Source of the DNA: an uncultured virus (IMG/VR IMGVR_UViG_3300032296_004100)
Taxonomy: Duplodnaviria; Heunggongvirae; Uroviricota; Caudoviricetes
IMG/VR virus record: IMGVR_UViG_3300032296_004100
DNA length: 64,000 nt
Direction: 5' to 3' (one strand)
The first letter of the stretch is position 1. The number at the start of each line of letters is the position of its first letter. A program made the translations under genes and the position numbers. This document shows positions 58,404 through 64,000 of the stretch, one piece after another. A model generated the notes under the pieces. It was given only the letters and a program-made list of their open reading frames with translations. It was not told where the DNA came from and searched no databases.

Positions 58404-61182
58404 AGTTGTAAATATACTGTTGCCAACCTTCTTCTGCAAAATCATAGATATAATTTTCTGAAAGACCTCTCTTTTCCCAATATCTTATCTCACCATCAGA
58501 TAAAGTCATTACCTCATCCAATTCGTCTTGGTCACCAAGACCCATAGGGTATCCGTTAATTAACTCACATTGTGTGTGGGTGAATATACCCATATCCTCA
58601 GGATTATTTACAATCAATTCCTTACGAACTTCATCCTTAAAACAAACCAAAAGAGGTTCAATTCTTTTGTTAAATGTTGTAACAGCTCGAGCTACATTGT
58701 AATCCCCCGTCATCTCGGGATTGTTTTCGAGGTCATCAGGATTCAGAATATAACAATTAAGGTTAATGTATGAGGCGACATCTTGAAGAACCTCACCCGT
58801 TTTTTCAAAGATTCGTTTCTTTTGAAGGTCGGAGTACCTCTTAGCAGGAACCTTTTGAACATCACCATGAGATGCTTTCTCACCGTTGTTAACATACATA
58901 ATCAAATCCCCCAAGTTTACATTCATTTTATGGTGAATGGCAAGTTCCATATGTGCTTGACGGGACATCAAAGACCCCGCTTTTGTGGTCTGTGTACACC
59001 GAACCTTGTAATCCTCAAGGGTCTGTTTAACTTTAGCTTTCTGAGCAATTTGAGCAAGAGGAATCTGTTGGTTGTAAATCTTCTCTAAGTATTCATAGTA
59101 GTAATCCACAAACTCCTTACCATTACCCTCCAATAACATCTTGATACCTTTGTCCAAAAATTTTTCGATGTAACCGGGAAGTTTCTTAGATTTAATGGAA
59201 TTACCGGTAAGTTTGATTTTACCCTTATAATCCATAACCGCATAGTTCTTACGAGCAAGGTTAATACACGATGGCCATACACCATCGGTATCCAAAGCCA
59301 TTTCTCCCCTCATAAAGATGTCATTGTATTCTGCAACATCCGCTTCAGGACCCTCATAGACCTTACCAAGTTTTACCTTCCAATTTAATCCACGACCAAC
59401 ATAACTGCGAGACTTTGCACCCTCAGGTAGGGAAAAGTTCACACCGTCCGTATCCATTACAAGGGGGGTGTAACCACGAGCCATAAAGAACTTAATCATT
59501 TGACGAAGATATTGACGACCAGTACAGGTGATTTGCTCACCCATATACATGTCCCCCCATGCAAATACCTGTGGAGCAGAGAGTGCACCGAACATAGAGT
59601 TAATAAAGATTTTGATAGGGAGTTGTTTGTTTCCGTATGATTCAGATTTCTTTCGGTCGGTTTCGTAAAATTCCTCAGCAAGTTCTTTGTATTTGATACG
59701 AGTGTCACGGAAATACTTTAACATACCTTTCATCGCTCCTGTTACATCACACTCAGGAAAAACATCATGTACGAGTTGAATAGAGGGGTACAGAGACGAG
59801 AAATCGAGTTTAAGGACATCCTTTGAATATCCGACCTTTAAGAGTCGTGAGAGACCTCCTACGAAGTCTGTCTTACCTTGTTTGGCGGGGATTGCGAGAT
59901 TGTTTTTATAACTCCAGGCAAGCATCAACATTTTCCATAGAGTAGCGGTACCCATAGTAGATACTCTCTCATAAGTTGTGGGAATCATCGAGGCAAGAAG
60001 AAAAGAACCCTGATTGAATTCCTTATCAACTTTTAAAGTTTCCTCCAAGTCATCTTGAAGGTATCTCTCAACAATATCAACACCGTTGGTAAGCAAATAA
60101 GTGTCAGGGAATTTTACATCCAAATCCACAAAATCACCTTTTTTACGATATTCGCCAGTTTTCAAGTTCAACCAATACTCATGGTTTTCAGTATACATCT
60201 TACCAATACTGTCGTGATTAATGTACACTCGGTCCGCTTCCTTGGCATTGATAAACTCAGAAATATACTTAAGACCAGCACTTTTGATTGATGAGTTAAT
60301 TGCCTGTGCTCGTCTAACAGCATGGATAATGTCAATTACATTATAACCCCAAATAGAGGTTTGCATAAAATCTTCAATCTCGTTTGCTAACTTCAACATG
60401 TTCTTCTTTTGAGAAATGGAATGTTGAGGGTGAAGTGACTTACAAACCTTCCTTATATCAATCCCCAAAATACGAGACCTCTCAAACAACCAATTCCAAT
60501 CGAAGTTTGCTGAGTTGTAACCCCCAATAATACTAGGTTTTAACTGGTTGATAATATTGAAAAACTCAACAATACCTTTAACCTCATCTTCCTCATTTAC
60601 ACACTCAATAATCTTGTTAAATCCGGTGTTGGTCCTAATACCAATCATAAAGATTCTACCATCTTTAGGTTCAAGTGAAGTTGTCTCTAAGTCATATACA
60701 AGTCGAGTTACCTCGTCATAGTCTTCATAACCCTTAAAGAGTCGTTTTTCTTTTGAGATAAAGTATTGCTCAACGGGGGGGAGAATAAGAATTTTATCAC
60801 GGAACTTCTCACCCCATGGGTCAGCACCCCCTTCTCGGAAAAATTGAATAAGATGACGATAACCCTTAAGGGATTTAACTATAAAGGTTAACCCTTTTTC
60901 CATACGAGGGTCACCGTGAGTATCGAGTTTCTCAATGACAATACCATGTTTGGTCATTGCCTCTTTCTGTAACCCTTTAGAGTTTTGATAAAAACCCATG
61001 TTATGAAGGTCACCTACCCAACAAAATGGAATGAATGTATCCTTACGGATTTCTTTTCCTTTCCCTGGTATTTCTTTAATTTTATAAATGGAATCGGATG
61101 CGTAGTCAAATTCTACTGCTACGATAAATTCTTCAGGGTCATTACCCTCCAAAAATGACTTGATAACTTCTTCGTCAATCAT
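58381..61182 (-). CDS. DNA polymerase family B with 3'-5' exonuclease
   Basis: ExoI YDLETT, ExoII GYNSANFDW, ExoIII YLQDD; pol A LDFSSLYPS, B KIFINSMFG, C MDTDG. ATG 61182 is preferred over GTG 61221. Confidence 0.95.
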   Translation of the reverse strand: MIDEEVIKSFLEGNDPEEFIVAVEFDYASDSIYKIKEIPGKGKEIRKDTFIPFCWVGDLHNMGFYQNSKGLQKEAMTKHGIVIEKLDTHGDPRMEKGLTFIVKSLKGYRHLIQFFREGGADPWGEKFRDKILILPPVEQYFISKEKRLFKGYEDYDEVTRLVYDLETTSLEPKDGRIFMIGIRTNTGFNKIIECVNEEDEVKGIVEFFNIINQLKPSIIGGYNSANFDWNWLFERSRILGIDIRKVCKSLHPQHSISQKKNMLKLANEIEDFMQTSIWGYNVIDIIHAVRRAQAINSSIKSAGLKYISEFINAKEADRVYINHDSIGKMYTENHEYWLNLKTGEYRKKGDFVDLDVKFPDTYLLTNGVDIVERYLQDDLEETLKVDKEFNQGSFLLASMIPTTYERVSTMGTATLWKMLMLAWSYKNNLAIPAKQGKTDFVGGLSRLLKVGYSKDVLKLDFSSLYPSIQLVHDVFPECDVTGAMKGMLKYFRDTRIKYKELAEEFYETDRKKSESYGNKQLPIKIFINSMFGALSAPQVFAWGDMYMGEQITCTGRQYLRQMIKFFMARGYTPLVMDTDGVNFSLPEGAKSRSYVGRGLNWKVKLGKVYEGPEADVAEYNDIFMRGEMALDTDGVWPSCINLARKNYAVMDYKGKIKLTGNSIKSKKLPGYIEKFLDKGIKMLLEGNGKEFVDYYYEYLEKIYNQQIPLAQIAQKAKVKQTLEDYKVRCTQTTKAGSLMSRQAHMELAIHHKMNVNLGDLIMYVNNGEKASHGDVQKVPAKRYSDLQKKRIFEKTGEVLQDVASYINLNCYILNPDDLENNPEMTGDYNVARAVTTFNKRIEPLLVCFKDEVRKELIVNNPEDMGIFTHTQCELINGYPMGLGDQDELDEVMTLSDGEIRYWEKRGLSENYIYDFAEEGWQQYIYNYETERHS

Positions 61183-61198
61183 ATTTTCAATTTTTACC

Positions 61199-61243
61199 GA
61201 GTGACACATTATCTTCCACAACTAAGTGGAGTTTGTCTTACTC
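61199..61243 (-). promoter_or_regulatory. Structured 5' leader of the DNA polymerase mRNA
   Basis: GAGT-AA-GACA...TGTC-ACTC outer stem enclosing a TCCAC-TTAGTT-GTGGA hairpin. Confidence 0.5.
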
Positions 61244-61259
61244 ATTCATCGATAAATAT

Positions 61260-61278
61260 AAAAAACCCGAATTGGGTT
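61260..61278 (-). terminator. Probable terminator after the BppU-like gene
   Basis: Minus strand AACCC-AATTC-GGGTTTTTT. Confidence 0.55.
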
Positions 61279-61284
61279 GTCAAA

Positions 61285-61683
61285 CTAACAACAAGATTGT
61301 TCCGAAATAAAACTATCTTCGATATTGATATAAAGTTCCTCACGGATGGGGACAATCAAATTTCCTTGTTGAGTACCGAGTAATCCACTGTTCTTAATTA
61401 AGAATTGTCCTTGATATCTCCCAGGGGTATCGGTTTGTCTTGAGGTAAACTGATAATAGATATAGTATTCTGTTGGTGCACCTGGTTCACTTGGTATTAA
61501 ACTCACAATAGAACATGGTGCTCCCACAATTTTAGGAATTCCTGTTTTTACATCAACCATTGAAAAGAATATGGTGGCGAGTTCTAATAACTCCATAGTA
61601 TCACCATAGGTACTTCTACCGTCTTGAACAACTTGCATTTTTAAAACTGGCAAAGTTGCATTTTTCCTAATAAAGAATTCCAT
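61285..61683 (-). CDS. BppU N-terminal-like virion protein
   Basis: FFIRKNATLPVLKM...YYQFTSRQTDTPGRYQGQF pattern; TATTTAT motif upstream. Confidence 0.55.
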   Translation of the reverse strand: MEFFIRKNATLPVLKMQVVQDGRSTYGDTMELLELATIFFSMVDVKTGIPKIVGAPCSIVSLIPSEPGAPTEYYIYYQFTSRQTDTPGRYQGQFLIKNSGLLGTQQGNLIVPIREELYINIEDSFISEQSCC

Positions 61684-61701
61684 ACAAAGATAAATACTTT
61701 G

Positions 61702-63372
61702 TTAGGACTCTTTTCTTAACTTTCCATCGTAGAATTCGAATCTATCGTGTTCGGTAGGTGTTGCAAATAACAGTGAGGGTTTGATGTTCCCTTTTTTTGT
61801 TTCTTGATAAATGTAACTCATCCAAGTTTGTTCAAAGGGTCTATCCCACTTTGTGGTGAGGAACATTTTTTCGTTTCCGTATCTTGAAACCACTTGTGGC
61901 CAATTGCAATAATACACCTCACCTATACCATAAGCTAATCCTTTGAAAGAACGGACTTCATTAAACTTAGTTCTTGGAGCATTGGGGTCTAATCCTTGTA
62001 CTGGAAGAGTAGATTTTTCGGGCCAATACTCCTCTCTAATATGCTGAGGTACATTATACCAAGACCATTGAGTACCATTGTCACCATAAAATTCGGTAAA
62101 ATTGAGTTTTATAAAATCCAAGGATTCTTTTTTGGCAATTTGAATTGATTTGTTGTAGAGGTCAGGAATTTTTCTTACAAAACCATTTTTACAAGTTTCA
62201 TTAGCACCACCATAAAAAAACATATCATCTTCAAAGAACCAATAGAAATCAAATTTGTTCTCCTGAGAGTGCTCGGCAATCCATTGTCTTCCGCCACAAA
62301 TTCCTAAGTTATCCTTTTTGATATGTTCGAAACCAAATTCATCACACAACTCTTTATATCTTTCAGTAGTAGTTAAATCTGATGAATTATCTAACAAGAA
62401 CTTTTTTGGTTTATCTAAAAAGTTTCTATCATACATTTCCATTGATTTAATTAAAGTCTCAAACTGATTAGGACTATTAAATGTAATTACATACAGTGCT
62501 GAGTTATCAATATTCAAATCAGAATATGCGACTTTGCCCTGAGTATTTTTAACTTTATGGGTGTCGTTTTTGACATCTTCACAAAATTTACCGATAAGTC
62601 CGTTTGACTCAATTTCATAGTAGTCAAAAATATCGGGGTGCCGATAAAGAAGAATACTGAATAAAGATTCTTCTGTACCCATAAGACCATCCGATAGAGT
62701 TTGATTCATCAGATTGTAATAAAGTCCATTGACATCAGAAATACTATCTTTACTACCACCGAAGATTCCACCACGACAAACAAGTTTTACATGGTTTCCT
62801 GCGTAGTTGTTGATTTTAGGATAAGTAAAACCATGAATTTCTTTTTCAGCGGCATAAGGAAAGGCAACAAACCCAAACTTACTGAAGAGATTATGAAACT
62901 TATGGTGAATTTTATCATGAGTAAAATATCCAGGATGAACCGTATTTGTTATACCTGCATCAATCCAAAACATATGGGTCGAATCAAAAGAGTCAAAAAT
63001 CCTCGCATCGTTAAGTAAAAACATTTTAGACATAACCAAAGGGTTATACATATCCAAACGAGACTGAGTTGATTCGGGTAACCAACCTGATTGATTAAAC
63101 CATTCAGGATTGGTTCTAATTTTTTGAATTTTGTCGTAAAAATCATTTTTAAACCAAGATTGGTCCCTAACGATAAACTGAGTGTTTTCACGACCCCTTC
63201 TTTCCCAAACAAACCCTTCAAGTTCTTTTTCCCCAAAAATAATTAGGTTGGCGTCGATTTGAAGTAGTTGTTCAAATTTATCTAAATAGTGCTGAAATGA
63301 ACGAGACCAACCCTCTTGGAGTTCATCCCTTTTTATATTCCAAAGGCCCGTAACGAAAGTAACTTTATTCAT
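61702..63372 (-). CDS. Two-domain glycosyltransferase-like protein (HtrL/YibB-like plus GT-A-like)
   Basis: N-domain VTFVTGLWNI, MSKMFLL, FWIDAG, GGIFGG, GTEES; C-domain LYVITFN, LLDNS, NLGICGGRQ, FFEDDM (DxD-like). Confidence 0.7.
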   Translation of the reverse strand: MNKVTFVTGLWNIKRDELQEGWSRSFQHYLDKFEQLLQIDANLIIFGEKELEGFVWERRGRENTQFIVRDQSWFKNDFYDKIQKIRTNPEWFNQSGWLPESTQSRLDMYNPLVMSKMFLLNDARIFDSFDSTHMFWIDAGITNTVHPGYFTHDKIHHKFHNLFSKFGFVAFPYAAEKEIHGFTYPKINNYAGNHVKLVCRGGIFGGSKDSISDVNGLYYNLMNQTLSDGLMGTEESLFSILLYRHPDIFDYYEIESNGLIGKFCEDVKNDTHKVKNTQGKVAYSDLNIDNSALYVITFNSPNQFETLIKSMEMYDRNFLDKPKKFLLDNSSDLTTTERYKELCDEFGFEHIKKDNLGICGGRQWIAEHSQENKFDFYWFFEDDMFFYGGANETCKNGFVRKIPDLYNKSIQIAKKESLDFIKLNFTEFYGDNGTQWSWYNVPQHIREEYWPEKSTLPVQGLDPNAPRTKFNEVRSFKGLAYGIGEVYYCNWPQVVSRYGNEKMFLTTKWDRPFEQTWMSYIYQETKKGNIKPSLLFATPTEHDRFEFYDGKLRKES

Positions 63373-64000
63373 AAATTCTATTAAATTCTTCTAATATTCT
63401 ATAAAAACTTTTTTTATCTTCATAATATGAAACGTTTAAATCCCTCGGACCAGAGTCAGGACACCACCAAATATCGAACTGTTTTATTTCAAATAACTCA
63501 GGATGATTAACACGCATCAATGACATAATATTTTCCTCGTGTGGAAGTGTTTTATCTGTTGAAATAATTTTTTGTAAATAATCTTCAAAAATATTAACAA
63601 TGTCATCCCATTTTGATTTATGACCGCCAAACATTCCACCAATAACATGAAGAGAAGGGTCATATAAATTTGTATACCAATTTCTGTTTACTGTGCCCGA
63701 CCAATAATAATTTACATTTTCTTTAGCTAACATAAGGAATTTATCTCCAGTGTCTTGTATTACATTTCTTAAAAAATCATTGTTGAAAAGTGTCGATTCA
63801 TAATACCTGCGCTCTGGGTGTGTTCCAACCAAATATTTGTTTGGAATTAATCCTGTATGGGAAAGGCCCGCATCAATCCAGTAATAGTAATCATAACTTT
63901 TATCCTCATTCCACCACCAGTGGAACTTGGAATATTGTATCTCCATACATCGGTCACCCCTTCTTACACCTTCGACATCTTTAAATTCATTTATTAAATT
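63365..64000 (-). CDS. HtrL/YibB-like glycosyltransferase, 5' end beyond the window
   Basis: Frame is open to 64000 (NLINEFKDVEGVRRGDRCMEIQYSKFHW...); YWIDAGLSH, GGMFGG and HEENIMS parallel the neighbouring gene. Confidence 0.7.
   Translation of the reverse strand, partial: NLINEFKDVEGVRRGDRCMEIQYSKFHWWWNEDKSYDYYYWIDAGLSHTGLIPNKYLVGTHPERRYYESTLFNNDFLRNVIQDTGDKFLMLAKENVNYYWSGTVNRNWYTNLYDPSLHVIGGMFGGHKSKWDDIVNIFEDYLQKIISTDKTLPHEENIMSLMRVNHPELFEIKQFDIWWCPDSGPRDLNVSYYEDKKSFYRILEEFNRIYE

Noticed and set aside
22177..61182. Introns, inteins or homing endonucleases in nrdA, nrdB, helicase, recA or polB
   Set aside because: The ORFs are continuous and of ordinary length, with no intein splice motifs or LAGLIDADG/HNH inserts seen.
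1..64000. Stop-codon reassignment, as in some large phages
   Set aside because: Long genes are intact under the standard code, and TAA, TAG (46559) and TGA (45146) all end genes at sensible positions.
1..64000. tRNA or rRNA genes
   Set aside because: Intergenic gaps are short and AT-rich; no cloverleaf or rRNA-like sequence was recognised.

Overview
This AT-rich, gene-dense window reads as part of a large T4-like (myovirus, probably jumbo) bacteriophage genome using the standard genetic code. Most genes are on the minus strand, with one plus-strand block at 52555-58129. From left to right it holds: (i) a tail-fibre/baseplate region with a collagen-like Gly-Thr-Ser protein truncated at the left edge, a Thr/Pro-rich protein, an SprB-repeat protein, a P2 gpI-like wedge protein and gp6- and gp25-like proteins; (ii) a replication block with NrdA, NrdB carrying an N-terminal ATP-cone, DnaB-like helicase, 5'-3' exonuclease, RecA/UvsX and gp32-like SSB; (iii) a contractile-tail block with hub, LysM/gpX-like protein, a large protein containing an OmpA-like domain, tape measure, assembly chaperone, tube, sheath, and terminator and neck proteins; (iv) a SET-domain protein coupled to a SNF2 ATPase, plus a Mn-type SOD fusion; (v) a family B DNA polymerase; and (vi) two HtrL/YibB-like glycosyltransferases at the right edge. 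SprB repeats, the class Id-type RNR, the lack of Shine-Dalgarno sequences and TTTG-N20-TAnnTTT promoters suggest a Bacteroidota host (inference). The most notable sequence-level observations are a [ST]-[GA]-x-T motif strongly enriched in virion proteins only (a candidate sequon for phage-encoded glycosylation), a confined +1/-2 frameshift site in the tail chaperone gene, a recurring TATTTAT promoter-like motif, an unannotated RHH regulator with a tandem operator-like repeat, a structured leader on the polymerase gene, and the SOD-nuclease-like fusion. All product calls come from motif recognition by eye; no database searches were run.
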